Shown: positions 32,337 to 42,034 of the stretch, one piece after another
Position numbering within the stretch: position 1 is the first letter of the stretch
How the letters are laid out: every line of letters begins with the position of its first letter
Origin: an uncultured Acidobacteriota bacterium
GTDB lineage: Bacteria > Acidobacteriota > Thermoanaerobaculia > Multivoradales > SZUA-115
Assembly (NCBI GenBank): GCA_963805975.1
Contig: CAWDVR010000002.1
Coordinates: 480,001-544,000, forward strand
DNA length: 64,000 nt
Reading direction: 5' to 3'
Position numbers and translations under genes: made by a program
Notes under the pieces: model-generated
What the model was told of the DNA's origin: nothing
The model's database searches: none
What the model saw: the letters and a program-made list of their open reading frames with translations, nothing else

Positions 32337-32432
32337 GGGCGCTCCCCTATCGAGCAAATCGCGGGACGAAAGCCCCGCCATCGTAGGGAAGAGCCCGCCG
32401 GGGCGCAGTGAGATGGTTCACATGAGCCGTTC

Positions 32433-32636
32433 TCAACCCCCCTGCACGAAGTGAACGATCTCGAGCCGGTCCCCGGCCTGGAGCGTAGTGACTACGTAGC
32501 GGTCGCGCGGCAGGATCTCACCGTTGAGCTCCACCGCCACGGTGCGCGGGTCGCGGCCGGCCGCGGCGAGCAGGTCGAGGAGCGTCGTCGCGGGAGCGAG
32601 CGAGCGCGGCTCGCCGTTGACCTCGACCTCGATCAT
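32433..32636 (-). CDS. thiS: Sulfur carrier protein ThiS
   Basis: VNGE, VAVELNGEI, GDRLEIVHFVQGG C-terminus. Confidence 0.92.
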   Translation of the reverse strand: MIEVEVNGEPRSLAPATTLLDLLAAAGRDPRTVAVELNGEILPRDRYVVTTLQAGDRLEIVHFVQGG

Positions 32637-32646
32637 TCTGCTTCGT

Positions 32647-33369
32647 CTACAGCAAGTGCTTGAGCTCGGCCGAGCCGATGGCGCTCGCCGCGGTGATGAT
32701 CAGCGCGGCGGCGCCGCCGCCCAGCTCGGGGATGAAGAAGTTGAGCTGCAGGCCGCCGCCGGAGTCGGTCTCGCCGGTGGCGAGGGTCCGCGCCTCGGCC
32801 ACCGTCGAGATCAGCTTCACGTCCACGTGCGCGCCGGTCACCGGCTCGCCGCTGCGGCTGGAGGTGGCGAGCAGCCGCAGCCGCGACGGCAGGCCGACCG
32901 ACAGCGCGGGCTCTCCTTCCAGGGCGAGCCGGAGCTGTTCGCGGTCGGCCTCGCTGGTCAGGTAGTCGAGGATCACCTGGTCGAGGGTGGTCTCGGACTC
33001 GGTGACCTTGGTGGCGGTCAGCACGTCGGCGGGCTCGGACAGCGCCGCGGCCGCGGCGGCAACCAGGGGGGAGGCCACCAGGGGCGCGGCGACCTTGCCC
33101 AGCATCAGGTGGAGCTTGTCGTCGAACTTGCCCTGGCGGATGGCGGCGATCACCGTGCGGTGCTGCGTCTCCATCAGGCCACTGATGGCGTCCGGGCCCT
33201 TACCGTCGGCCAGCAGGGCGGCGTAGCTCGCCCGCTTGGCAGCCAGCACCCGGCCGCCGACGTATACCAGGCTCTCTATGAACGGGTTCGCGGTGCCCTT
33301 GTCCTCCGTCTGCACGTGGAAAACCGTGTCGGCGTGGCGGACATCGGTGTTGTAGCCGGCGATCATCAC
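32647..33369 (-). CDS. Conserved hypothetical protein
   Basis: GYNTDV...FHVQTED...IESLVYVGG N-terminal domain, LDQVILDYL linker motif, beta-rich C-terminus. Host-like codons. Confidence 0.75.
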   Translation of the reverse strand: MMIAGYNTDVRHADTVFHVQTEDKGTANPFIESLVYVGGRVLAAKRASYAALLADGKGPDAISGLMETQHRTVIAAIRQGKFDDKLHLMLGKVAAPLVASPLVAAAAAALSEPADVLTATKVTESETTLDQVILDYLTSEADREQLRLALEGEPALSVGLPSRLRLLATSSRSGEPVTGAHVDVKLISTVAEARTLATGETDSGGGLQLNFFIPELGGGAAALIITAASAIGSAELKHLL

Positions 33370-33591
33370 TGGGGTCTGAAGAGCTCGGGAGCGGCCCTCT
33401 ATCCTAGAACAGACGACAGGCGAAGGGCAGAGGCTTAGGCACCCGGCTCATTCGAGCCGCTCTTTGTGCGAGAATCTTCCGCGGTGCGGCTCCCCCCGCC
33501 CTGAACACCCCAATCCCTGGAACGACTGCCGCCGGAGGCGTGCTCGCCCGCGGCCGGCCCCTTCAGCCGCCAATCTAAGGAGAGAAGAACG

Positions 33592-34404
33592 ATGTCCCAG
33601 ACCACCACGGAGACCGCCGAGCGGACGCTGGTCCACTACGAAGCGCGCGAAGGCGTCGCCTACCTCACCCTGGACGACCCGCCGGCCAACACCTACACGC
33701 ACGAGATGATGCGCCAGATCGACGAATGCATCCTCAAGGCCCGCTTCGATGCCGGCGTGCACGTCATCGTGATCACCGGCGCCGGCGAGAAGATGTTCTG
33801 CGCCGGGGCCAACATCAACATGCTGAAGGGCTCGGACCCAACCTTCAAGTACTTCTTCTGCCTGCACGCCAACGAGACCCTCTCGCGCCTCGAGCAGACC
33901 CCCAAGCTGGTGATCGCGGCGCTCAACGGCAACACCGTGGGCGGCGGCCTCGAGATCGCCATGGCCGCGGACCTGCGCATCGCCAGGAAGGGCGCCGGCA
34001 AGGTCGGCCTGCCCGAGGTATCGCTCGGGGTGCTCCCCGGCACCGGCGGCACCCAGCGGCTGGTGCGCATCGTGGGCAAGAGCCGGGCGATCGAGATGAT
34101 GGTCACCGGGCGGCTGTTCTCGATGGAAGAGGCGCAAGGCTACGGCATCGTGGACGCGATCTTCGAGGGCGACGACTTCCGCGGCCAGATCCACGCCTAC
34201 GCCCGGCAGTTCTGCCCGCCCAACAAGGCGTCCAAGGCCGTGGGCCGGATCAAGCGCTCCGTGCAGTCCGGCGCCGAGGTCCCGTTCGAGTACGGCCTGA
34301 CGCTCGAGCGCGAGCTGCAGCAGCAGCTCTTCCAGAGCGAGGACGCGAAGGAAGGCCTGGCCGCCTACGTCGAGAAGCGGCAGCCGGAGTTCAAGGGCGC
34401 CTGA
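33592..34404 (+). CDS. Enoyl-CoA hydratase/isomerase
   Basis: FCAGAN, GGGLEIAMAAD, PEVSLGVLPGTGGTQRL. AAGGAG RBS. Confidence 0.92.
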   Translation: MSQTTTETAERTLVHYEAREGVAYLTLDDPPANTYTHEMMRQIDECILKARFDAGVHVIVITGAGEKMFCAGANINMLKGSDPTFKYFFCLHANETLSRLEQTPKLVIAALNGNTVGGGLEIAMAADLRIARKGAGKVGLPEVSLGVLPGTGGTQRLVRIVGKSRAIEMMVTGRLFSMEEAQGYGIVDAIFEGDDFRGQIHAYARQFCPPNKASKAVGRIKRSVQSGAEVPFEYGLTLERELQQQLFQSEDAKEGLAAYVEKRQPEFKGA

Positions 34405-35585
34405 TGGGCAAGGGCATCGTTCTCGCCGCGCCGGTGCGCACGCCGATCGGAAAGTTCGGCGGCGCGCTGGCCTCGCTCTCGGCGGCCGACCTGGGCACCG
34501 CTGCCGCCACGGCTTGCCTCGAGCGGGCCGGCCTCGCCGCCGCGGACGTGGAGCAGGTGATCCTCGGCCACGCGCGGCAGGCGGGCGGCGGCCCCAACAC
34601 GGCGCGGCAGGTGGGCTACCGCGCCGGCGTGCCGGTCGACCGTCCCGCCTTCACCATCAACCAGGCCTGCGGCTCCGGGCTCCAGGCCGTGCTCTCCGCG
34701 GCGCGCACCATCCTGAACGGCGAGGCGGAGGTGATCCTGGCCGGTGGCACGGAGAGCATGTCCAACACGCCCTATCTCCTGCCGCGGGCGCGCTGGGGCT
34801 ATCGCCTCGGACACGCCGAGCTGACCGACGGCATGTACAAGGACGGCTTCAACGACCCGCTCTCCGGCCTGGTGATGGGCGAGACGGCCGAGGAGCTGGC
34901 CGCGGAGACCGGCATCGACCGCACCGCGGCCGACGCCTACGCCCTCGAGAGCCAGCTCCGCTGCGAGGCGGCGCGCACGGCCGGCCGGTTCGTGCCCGAG
35001 ATCGCGCCGATCTCCGTGCCGGGGAAAAAAGGCGAGACCCGCATCGAGACCGACGAGCACCCGCGCGACGGCATGACGCTCGCGGACCTCACCAAGCTCG
35101 CGCCCGTGTTCCGCGAGGGCGGCACGGTGACCGCCGGCAACGCCTCGGGCATCACCGACGGCGCGGCGGCGCTGGTGGTGGCCTCGGAGGCGGCGGCCGA
35201 GCGGCTGGGCCTGGTACCCGTCGCCCGGCTGGTGGATTGGGAGGTGGTGGGGGTCGAGCCGCGGATCATGGGCATCGGCCCGGTGCCGGCCTGCCGGAAG
35301 CTCCTGGAGCGCCAAGGGCTCTCCGGCCAGGACATCGACGCCGTGGAGCTGAACGAGGCCTTCGCCAGCCAGGTGCTGGCCTGCGTCCAGGGCCTAGACT
35401 TCGCACCCGAAATCGTCAACCCGGACGGCGGCGCCATCGCTCTCGGCCATCCGATCGGCGCCACCGGCTGCCGCATCCTCGTGACCCTGCTCCATGGCCT
35501 CGCGGCCCGCGGCGGCAAGCGCGGCATCGCGACCCTCTGCGTCTCGGGCGGGATGGGCCTGGCGGCGCTGGTCGAGCGGGTCTGA
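34404..35585 (+). CDS. Acetyl-CoA C-acyltransferase (thiolase)
   Basis: RTPIGKF, NQACGSG, GNASGITDGA, NEAFA, GHPIGATG, LCVSGGMG. TGATG translational coupling. Confidence 0.95.
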   Translation: MGKGIVLAAPVRTPIGKFGGALASLSAADLGTAAATACLERAGLAAADVEQVILGHARQAGGGPNTARQVGYRAGVPVDRPAFTINQACGSGLQAVLSAARTILNGEAEVILAGGTESMSNTPYLLPRARWGYRLGHAELTDGMYKDGFNDPLSGLVMGETAEELAAETGIDRTAADAYALESQLRCEAARTAGRFVPEIAPISVPGKKGETRIETDEHPRDGMTLADLTKLAPVFREGGTVTAGNASGITDGAAALVVASEAAAERLGLVPVARLVDWEVVGVEPRIMGIGPVPACRKLLERQGLSGQDIDAVELNEAFASQVLACVQGLDFAPEIVNPDGGAIALGHPIGATGCRILVTLLHGLAARGGKRGIATLCVSGGMGLAALVERV

Positions 35586-35613
35586 CGCCGGGTCCCAATC
35601 GCGAGAAGGAGCC

Positions 35614-36312
35614 ATGCGCATCCTCGTCACCTGCGAAGGGGCCCACAAGGCGCCGCCGTATCTTGCGGCGCTCGTGGCCGCCGGCTTCGCGGAGGAGGAC
35701 CTGAAGCTGATCCTGCCCGGCGAAACGGCGGACTGGAGCCGGCTGGGCGCCGAGGCGGATGGCCTCCTCCTCTGCGGCGGCCCCGACGTCGAGCCTTGGC
35801 GCTACGGCGAGGAGCCGCTGACCGGGGCCGGGCTCGACCTGCTGCCGCCGCTCGACGAGATCGAGCTCGGGGTGCTCGCCGGCGCCCGGGAGACGGCACG
35901 GCCCGCGCTCTGCATCTGCCGCGGCCAGCAGGTGGCCAACGTCTTTCTCGGTGGCACCCTCTACCAGGATCTCGCCATCCAACGGCCGGGGCTCGTGCCG
36001 CACCAGGTGATGATGCCCAAGGATGCCTTGGCGCATGACGCCCAGGTGGCGGACCTCGATCACCCGCTGGCGGAGCTCCTGGGCAGCGAGCCGCTGCCGG
36101 TCAACAGCCGGCACCATCAGGCCATCCATCGGCTGGGAGAGGGGCTGGAGGTCATCGCCACCGCGCCGGACGGCGTGATCGAGGCCGTGGCCCTTCCCAG
36201 GGAGCACGATGGCTGGTGGCTCGAGGCCGTGCAGTGGCACCCGGAGAACCTGCTGGCTCTCGACCGGCATCGGGCCCTCTTCACCCGTTTCGCGGCCGAG
36301 GTGGGCCGGTGA
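35614..36312 (+). CDS. Peptidase C26 / gamma-glutamyl hydrolase-like class I amidotransferase
   Basis: GGPDV, ICRGQQ, VNSRHHQA, VQWHPE. Confidence 0.9.
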   Translation: MRILVTCEGAHKAPPYLAALVAAGFAEEDLKLILPGETADWSRLGAEADGLLLCGGPDVEPWRYGEEPLTGAGLDLLPPLDEIELGVLAGARETARPALCICRGQQVANVFLGGTLYQDLAIQRPGLVPHQVMMPKDALAHDAQVADLDHPLAELLGSEPLPVNSRHHQAIHRLGEGLEVIATAPDGVIEAVALPREHDGWWLEAVQWHPENLLALDRHRALFTRFAAEVGR

Positions 36313-37073
36313 GCACCGTCCTCGTCCAGCTCGACGGCCGCGTGGCCACGGTCACCGTCAACCGCCCGCCGCTCAACATCCTGGACCTCGAAACCCTGTC
36401 CATGCTGGGCGAGGCGGTGCGCGGTCTGGCCACCGTCGCCGACCTGGGGCTGGTAGTGGTGCGCGGCGCCGGGCCCAAGGCGTTCTCCGCCGGGGTCTCG
36501 GTGGCCGACCACACGCCGGACAAGGTCGCGGACATGCTCTCGCTCTTCCACGGCGCGCTCCAGGCGCTCGCCGCGATCGAGGTGCCGACCCTCGCCGCGG
36601 TCCACGGCCACTGCCTGGGCGGCGGCATGGAGCTCGCCGCCGCCTGCGACTTCGTGCTCGCCACGGAGGACGCGCGATTCGGCCAGCCGGAGATCGAGCT
36701 CGGCTGCTACCCGCCCTACGCGGCGGCCCTCTACCCCTCCCGCCTCGGCCGGGCACGGGCTCTCGAGCTGATCCTGACCGGCCGTGTGCTCTCCGCCGCC
36801 GAGGCGGAGAGGCTGGGCTTCGTCACCTGGCTGGCGCCGGCCGGGGGGTTGGACGCCAGGCTGGAGGAGATCGTCGCCCTGCTGACCGCGAAGAGCGCCG
36901 CCGTGGCGCGCCTCGCCAAACGCGGCGTCGACGCCGGAGCCGCTCGGCCCTTCGCGGAGGCGCTGGCCGAGAACGAGCGCCTGTACCTCGAAGACCTTTG
37001 CGCCACCGAGGACATGCACGAGGGGCTGGCCGCCTTCGCCGAGAAGCGCCGCCCGCAGTGGAAGCACCGCTAA
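36309..37073 (+). CDS. Enoyl-CoA hydratase/isomerase (Dch-like)
   Basis: PPLNILD, FSAGVSVADH, CLGGGMEL, GQPEIELGCYPP. Confidence 0.85.
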   Translation: MSTVLVQLDGRVATVTVNRPPLNILDLETLSMLGEAVRGLATVADLGLVVVRGAGPKAFSAGVSVADHTPDKVADMLSLFHGALQALAAIEVPTLAAVHGHCLGGGMELAAACDFVLATEDARFGQPEIELGCYPPYAAALYPSRLGRARALELILTGRVLSAAEAERLGFVTWLAPAGGLDARLEEIVALLTAKSAAVARLAKRGVDAGAARPFAEALAENERLYLEDLCATEDMHEGLAAFAEKRRPQWKHR

Positions 37074-37098
37074 ACCACCTGTTTCGAGGGAGAGAGAG

Positions 37099-37875
37099 AT
37101 GCCCGAGACCGTCCTCCTGGAGCGCGAAGGCCGCGTCGCCATCCTGACCGTCAATCGCCCCGACAAGCTCAACGCCTTGAACCAGCAGGTGCGGGACGAC
37201 ATGCTCGCCCACCTCACCGCGCTCGAGAGCGACGAGTCGATCGGGGTGCTCGTGGTCACCGGCAGCGGCGAGAAGTCCTTCATCGCCGGCGCCGACATCG
37301 GTGAGTTCGAGGGCCGGAGCCCGTTCGACCAGCGCCAGGCGATGGCGAGCCCACGCATCTTCGACGTGATGGCGAACTATCCCAAGCCGGTCGTCGCCAT
37401 GATCAACGGCTTCTGCCTCGGCGGTGGCTGCGAGCTGGCCCTCTCCTGCGACTTCCGGGTCGCATCCGAGAAGGCCCGGTTCGGCCAGCCCGAGATCAAG
37501 CTCGGTCTGATCCCCGGCGGCGGCGGCACCCAGCGCCTGCCGCGGCAGGTGGGTCTCGGCCACGCCATGCGACTGATCCTCTCCGGCGCCATGATCGACG
37601 CCGCCGAGGCGAAGCAGATCGGCCTGGTGGAGGTCGTGGTGCCGGCGGAAGAGCTGCGCGCCAAGACCCTCGAGATCGCGGCCGAGATCGCCGCCAAGAG
37701 CCCGCTCACCCTGCGTGTGGCCAAGGAGGCCCTGCGCGCGAGCCAGCGCATGGCGGTCGAGGAAGGCATCGCTTACGAGCGCGACCTCTTCTGCCTCTGC
37801 TTCTCGAGTGAGGACAAGAAAGAAGGCGTGGCCGCGTTCCTGGAGAAGCGGCAAGCAGAGTGGAAAGGGCGTTAG
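37099..37875 (+). CDS. Enoyl-CoA hydratase (crotonase)
   Basis: NRPDKLNAL, FIAGADI, GGGCEL, GQPEIKLGLIPGGGGTQRL. Confidence 0.93.
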   Translation: MPETVLLEREGRVAILTVNRPDKLNALNQQVRDDMLAHLTALESDESIGVLVVTGSGEKSFIAGADIGEFEGRSPFDQRQAMASPRIFDVMANYPKPVVAMINGFCLGGGCELALSCDFRVASEKARFGQPEIKLGLIPGGGGTQRLPRQVGLGHAMRLILSGAMIDAAEAKQIGLVEVVVPAEELRAKTLEIAAEIAAKSPLTLRVAKEALRASQRMAVEEGIAYERDLFCLCFSSEDKKEGVAAFLEKRQAEWKGR

Positions 37876-38201
37876 GGCCGGGCGAAGACCTCCGCGAGGC
37901 TCCGGGCCGTGAGCACCCGCTCTGCCCAGGCGAGTAGCGTCTCCGCGTCGGCAGCTTCCACAAGACCGCGCGTCTCTTCGTCGAGCGGGCCGAACCGCCT
38001 TTCCAGCTGCCGAGCCAGCAAGCGGGCCTCACCTTCCCGGAGGCCCTGTTTGCGACCTTCTTCCCGGCCCTGTTTCCGGCCTTCTTCCCGACCTTCTTTG
38101 CGGCCTTCTTTGCGGCCTTCTTTGCGGCCTTCTTTGCGGCCTTCTCTCAGCCCGTCCTGCTTCCATTGCTCGGTCCACTCGATCACGCGTTCTGCGAGCA
38201 T
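37872..38201 (-). CDS. Putative intragenic small Rpn protein (antitoxin), 109 aa
   Basis: In-frame ATG (MLAERVIEW) preceded by GGGAG 9 nt upstream. Confidence 0.55.
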   Translation of the reverse strand: MLAERVIEWTEQWKQDGLREGRKEGRKEGRKEGRKEGREEGRKQGREEGRKQGLREGEARLLARQLERRFGPLDEETRGLVEAADAETLLAWAERVLTARSLAEVFARP

Positions 38202-38924
38202 GGTCTTGATCTCCCGAAGTTCCGCCAGCGCGGGCACCCGGATGCCGGGCAGCCTCCCTGGCAGCAGCACCCGTGCGAGCCAGGTGGCAAAGGCTCGCCG
38301 CAACTCCCTCCCATCGGGTGCCGCCAGCGAAGCCGTGAGTGACGCCACTTCCTCTCTCACTTCCTCAGGTCCACGGCTGCGCTCGAGCCGCACCAGCGAC
38401 GCTGCGACGTTGGGCGCGCCGGACAGCGCGTCCAGTGAAAGAGCGTTCTCGTCGAGGACCAGGTAGCGCAGGCGGGGCCGGAAGACATCGAGGCCACCAG
38501 GCAGGCGCGCGATCAACCGAGAGACCTCCCGCGCCGCCCACCAGCGCCGGCGACCATTGTAGAGCACCAGCGGAACGACGGGCGGGAGCTTGCCGTCCGG
38601 CGCCAGCTCGCCGCGCCGGATGAGGTCCTGGTACAGCAATGCGACGTAGGCCAGCGCGCGAACCGCCATGAAACGATCCACCGTGGACTGGAACTCGAAC
38701 AAGAGGTAGACGTACAACCACGGCCCGCCTCGCGACCGCAGCCGCCAGACCACGTCCTCCTCCCGGTGCTTGAGATCGTCGCTGACGTGCGCGGGGTTCA
38801 CGCGCTCCAAGGTCGAGAAATCCAGGCCGGCCACCCAGGGCTGGTGCACGAACCCGCGCAGCAGGTCCGCCACCATCCTGGGGTGTGAGAAAAGGAGCTT
38901 GTAGCCGCCGTCGTGGTCGGGCAT
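37872..38924 (-). CDS. Rpn/YhgA-like PD-(D/E)XK nuclease with DUF4351-like C-terminus
   Basis: HDGGYKLLFS, EDVVW, LFEFQS, PLVLYNG..W, EGRK repeats, QLERRFGPL. Confidence 0.88.
   Translation of the reverse strand: MPDHDGGYKLLFSHPRMVADLLRGFVHQPWVAGLDFSTLERVNPAHVSDDLKHREEDVVWRLRSRGGPWLYVYLLFEFQSTVDRFMAVRALAYVALLYQDLIRRGELAPDGKLPPVVPLVLYNGRRRWWAAREVSRLIARLPGGLDVFRPRLRYLVLDENALSLDALSGAPNVAASLVRLERSRGPEEVREEVASLTASLAAPDGRELRRAFATWLARVLLPGRLPGIRVPALAELREIKTMLAERVIEWTEQWKQDGLREGRKEGRKEGRKEGRKEGREEGRKQGREEGRKQGLREGEARLLARQLERRFGPLDEETRGLVEAADAETLLAWAERVLTARSLAEVFARP
38032..38151. repeat. 12-bp coding tandem repeat (EGRK)
   Basis: Four perfect ccttctttgcgg copies at 38092-38139 with degenerate flanking copies. 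Confidence 0.9.
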
Positions 38925-38997
38925 GCCGCCTTCCGCCTCCGTTCAACTGGAGAAAGACGGAATCGCACGGCCCGACCTTACGAGCGGGGCCTCGGCT

Positions 38998-39870
38998 TCA
39001 GGGGATCCCGTACCGCCGCCGCCTCTCCCAGAGCGACTTGCGGCTGATGCCCAGGAGCTCGGCCGCGTGCGCCTGATGGCCGCGGGTATAGGCCAGGGCG
39101 CGGCGGATGGCTGCCTCCTCCAGCTCGGCGAGCGGCAACGGCCGGGCCTCGGTCGAGCCCGAAGGCAGCTCCGGGCTGAGCGGCGCCATCGGGTCGAGGA
39201 TCAGGGCACGCTCGAGGACGTTCCGGAGCTGGCGGAGGTTGCCAGGCCAGGCGTAGTCCCGCATCCACTCCCAAGAGGCGCTCGCGATCTCCGGCGCCCG
39301 GAGGCCCAGCCGCAGCGCCAGGTCGGCGAGGATCCCCGCCACCAGGCCGGGCAGCTCGGCCCGGCGCTCGCGCAGCGGCGCCAGGCGGAAAGCCAGAACC
39401 TCGAGCCGGTAGTAGAGGTCGGGGCGAAAGACGCCGCGCGCGAGGCGATCGCCCAGGTCCTCGGGGCCGAGGGCGATGAAACGGACGTCGGCCTGCCGCT
39501 CCCGGCCGCCGAGCGGAACGTAGCGCTTCTCGGCGAGCAGGCGCAGGAGCTTGGGCTGCGCCGCGAGCGGCAGGGCCTCTACGTGGTCGAGCACCAGCGT
39601 ACCCGCCTCGGCCCTGGCCACCCGGCCTTTCATCGAGCGCTCGGCGCCGGTGAAGGCGCCCTTCTCGAAACCGAAGAGCTCGCTCTCGAACAGCTCCGCC
39701 GGAAAGCCGGCCGGGTCGATCTCGACCAGCGGCCCCGCGGCGCGGGCGGAAGCCGCGTGAATCTCCCGCGCCAGGCGCGACCGCCCGGTCCCCGGCTCGC
39801 CGAGAATCAAAACCGGGGCGTCGCTCGCCGCGGCCCGCGCCAGCCAGTCGGAAGTGGAAGGATCGAGCAT
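38998..39870 (-). CDS. sigma54-interaction domain protein with Fis-type HTH and no sensory domain
   Basis: ESELFG..KGAFTGA, FRPDLYYRL, WPGNLRQL, AAELLGISRKSL. Confidence 0.85.
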   Translation of the reverse strand: MLDPSTSDWLARAAASDAPVLILGEPGTGRSRLAREIHAASARAAGPLVEIDPAGFPAELFESELFGFEKGAFTGAERSMKGRVARAEAGTLVLDHVEALPLAAQPKLLRLLAEKRYVPLGGRERQADVRFIALGPEDLGDRLARGVFRPDLYYRLEVLAFRLAPLRERRAELPGLVAGILADLALRLGLRAPEIASASWEWMRDYAWPGNLRQLRNVLERALILDPMAPLSPELPSGSTEARPLPLAELEEAAIRRALAYTRGHQAHAAELLGISRKSLWERRRRYGIP

Positions 39871-39918
39871 CGGTGCAACGGACGCTGCGGCAAGAGCCGT
39901 GCGGCCGGCAGCGGCCGC

Positions 39919-40335
39919 CTAGCGGCGGTGATCGAGGCTCTTCTGGCCCGCGCCACGCTCGAAGCCCGCAAAGTCGCCGGTCACGTCCGGCGCGTCGGAC
40001 CACAGGCGCTCGAGGGCGTAGAAGCCGCGGCGCTCGTCGTCGAAGACGTGGACCACGAAATCACCGTAGTCCATCAGCACCCACTTGGCATCCGACTGGC
40101 CCTCGACGTGGAGTGGCTTCACCCGCGACGCGACGAGCTTCTGCGCCACGGCATCGGCGATCGCCTGCACCTGGCGGGAATTCGAGCCGCTGCAGATCAG
40201 AAAATAGTCCGTGAAGTCGGTGACCGGCTCCAGGTGCAGAACCTTGAGGTCGGTGGCCTTGTGGTCGAGCGCGGCGCTGGCGACGTCTTGGACCAGGCGC
40301 GGGATGTCGATGGTCTGGTCTGAGGTAGAGCTCAT
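39919..40335 (-). CDS. rsfS: Ribosome silencing factor
   Basis: DYFLICSG..RQV, WVLMDYGDFVVHVF...FYALERLW. Confidence 0.95.
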   Translation of the reverse strand: MSSTSDQTIDIPRLVQDVASAALDHKATDLKVLHLEPVTDFTDYFLICSGSNSRQVQAIADAVAQKLVASRVKPLHVEGQSDAKWVLMDYGDFVVHVFDDERRGFYALERLWSDAPDVTGDFAGFERGAGQKSLDHRR

Positions 40336-40940
40336 GTGTAGAGGTCGTACTTTCGGATGAATTCTAGCACCAGGGGCGCCAGTGCCCCGGGTGGCGGATC
40401 CTCGCCGCGCGCCAGCAGGCCGCGGATCGCGGTCGAGGAGAGGTCGATCGCCGGGCCGGGGAGAAAGGAGGCCCGGCCGCTGTCGAGGAGCGCCAGAACC
40501 TCCTCCGGCGCTTCTGCACGCACCCTCGTCTCGTCCCACCCCGGCCGCGGCAGCACCGCGAGCCAGGCGAGCTCGGGGAGCTCCTGCCACCGCCGCCAGG
40601 TGGCGAGCCGTGCGAAGGAGTCGCTGCCGACGATCAGGAACATCTCGTCGCCCGGCAGCACGCGACGGAAGTGCGCGAGCGTGTCGGCGGTGTAGCGCAC
40701 CTCGCCGGGCGTCAGCTCGTGGGCCGAGGCGAAGAGCTTGCTCTCGGCCAGCAGCGCCAGCTCCACCATGGCATAGCGCGCGTGGGCCGGCGCCGAGCGC
40801 GGCCCCGGCTTGTGGGGCGGCTGGGCGGTCGGCAGGAAGAGCACGCGGTCGAGCCCGAGAGCTTCACGCGCCGCCTCGACCGGCTGTACGTGGCCGCGAT
40901 GGGGAGGGTCGAAGCTGCCGCCGAAGAGGCCAGTCCTCAT
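40332..40940 (-). CDS. nadD: Nicotinate-nucleotide adenylyltransferase
   Basis: [27 protein letters not shown]. Confidence 0.93.
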   Translation of the reverse strand: MRTGLFGGSFDPPHRGHVQPVEAAREALGLDRVLFLPTAQPPHKPGPRSAPAHARYAMVELALLAESKLFASAHELTPGEVRYTADTLAHFRRVLPGDEMFLIVGSDSFARLATWRRWQELPELAWLAVLPRPGWDETRVRAEAPEEVLALLDSGRASFLPGPAIDLSSTAIRGLLARGEDPPPGALAPLVLEFIRKYDLYT

Positions 40941-41989
40941 CGCCCGCCGCCTTCTTCCACGCCTCCCTCGGCCGGACTGCCGTGCGCTGCCGCCGGCAGC
41001 ACCGCGAGCAGGCGCTCGAGCTCGGCGACCAGCTCGTCGAGGCCGGCGTGGGTGGCGGCGCTCACCTCGCGGTAGGCGAGGCCGCGCTCGGCCACCACCT
41101 GGGCCAGCTCTTCGCGGCGCTCGTCGCGTACCGCATCGAGCTTGCTCCCCACCACGATCCTGGCCCGTTCGAGGAGCTCGGGGTTGAAGGCGGCGAGCTC
41201 TCTCTCGACCACCTCGAGATCCTCCCTGGCGCTTCCCTCCGCCGAGAGGTCCACCAGGTGGACCAACACCCGGCAACGCTCCACGTGGCGCAGGAAGCGG
41301 ATACCGAGCCCGGCACCCTGGGCCGCTCCCGCGATCAGCCCCGGCAGGTCGGCGATCACGAACGGCGAGGACAGCGGGCCGCGGGCCACCACGCCGAGCT
41401 GTGGCACGAGGGTGGTGAACGGGTAGTCGGCGATCTTCGGGCGCGCCGCCGAGACGACGCTGATCAACGTCGACTTGCCGGCGTTCGGCAGGCCCACCAC
41501 GCCGACGTCGGCCAGCAGCTTGAGCTCCAACCGCAGCCGCCGCTCCTCGCCCTCCCGCCCCGGCTCGTGCCGGCGCGGAGCTTGATTGGTCGAGGTGGCG
41601 AAGCGGGCGTTGCCGCGTCCTCCCATACCACCTCGAGCCACCACCAGACGCTGGCCCTCGGCCAGGATCTCGCCCAGCACCTCACCGCTCTCGGTGTCCT
41701 GGACCACCGTACCCAGCGGCGCCCAGACCTCGAGATCCGCGCCGGAGTGGCCGGTGCGGTTCGAGCCCTCGCCGTGACGGCCCCGTTCCGCGTCGTAGAG
41801 CGACTGGAAGCGCAGATGGAACAGGGTGTTGAGACGGCTGTCGCCGATCAGGACCACGGAGCCGCCATGGCCACCGTCGCCGCCCGAAGGACCGCCCCGC
41901 GGCACGTACTTCTCGCGCCGAAAGGCGAGGCAGCCGTTACCGCCGCGTCCGCCCTGGACGTGGATAACGGCTTCGTCGATGAAGTTCAA
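40937..41989 (-). CDS. obgE: GTPase ObgE/CgtA
   Basis: [37 protein letters not shown]. Confidence 0.97.
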   Translation of the reverse strand: MNFIDEAVIHVQGGRGGNGCLAFRREKYVPRGGPSGGDGGHGGSVVLIGDSRLNTLFHLRFQSLYDAERGRHGEGSNRTGHSGADLEVWAPLGTVVQDTESGEVLGEILAEGQRLVVARGGMGGRGNARFATSTNQAPRRHEPGREGEERRLRLELKLLADVGVVGLPNAGKSTLISVVSAARPKIADYPFTTLVPQLGVVARGPLSSPFVIADLPGLIAGAAQGAGLGIRFLRHVERCRVLVHLVDLSAEGSAREDLEVVERELAAFNPELLERARIVVGSKLDAVRDERREELAQVVAERGLAYREVSAATHAGLDELVAELERLLAVLPAAAHGSPAEGGVEEGGGR

Positions 41990-42034
41990 TGGCTGAATTT
42001 CCCCGCTGCGGGGGCGCCCATCGGGGAGACTGGG

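Noticed and set aside
33370-33591. TPP riboswitch upstream of the hypothetical-thiS unit
   Set aside because: No TPP aptamer core (CUGAGA ... CCUGA..GGUAA..C..CGUAGG pattern) recognisable on the minus strand
37872-38924. Insertion sequence (often annotated as transposase_31)
   Set aside because: No terminal inverted repeats or target duplication; the family is a PD-(D/E)XK nuclease rather than a demonstrated transposase
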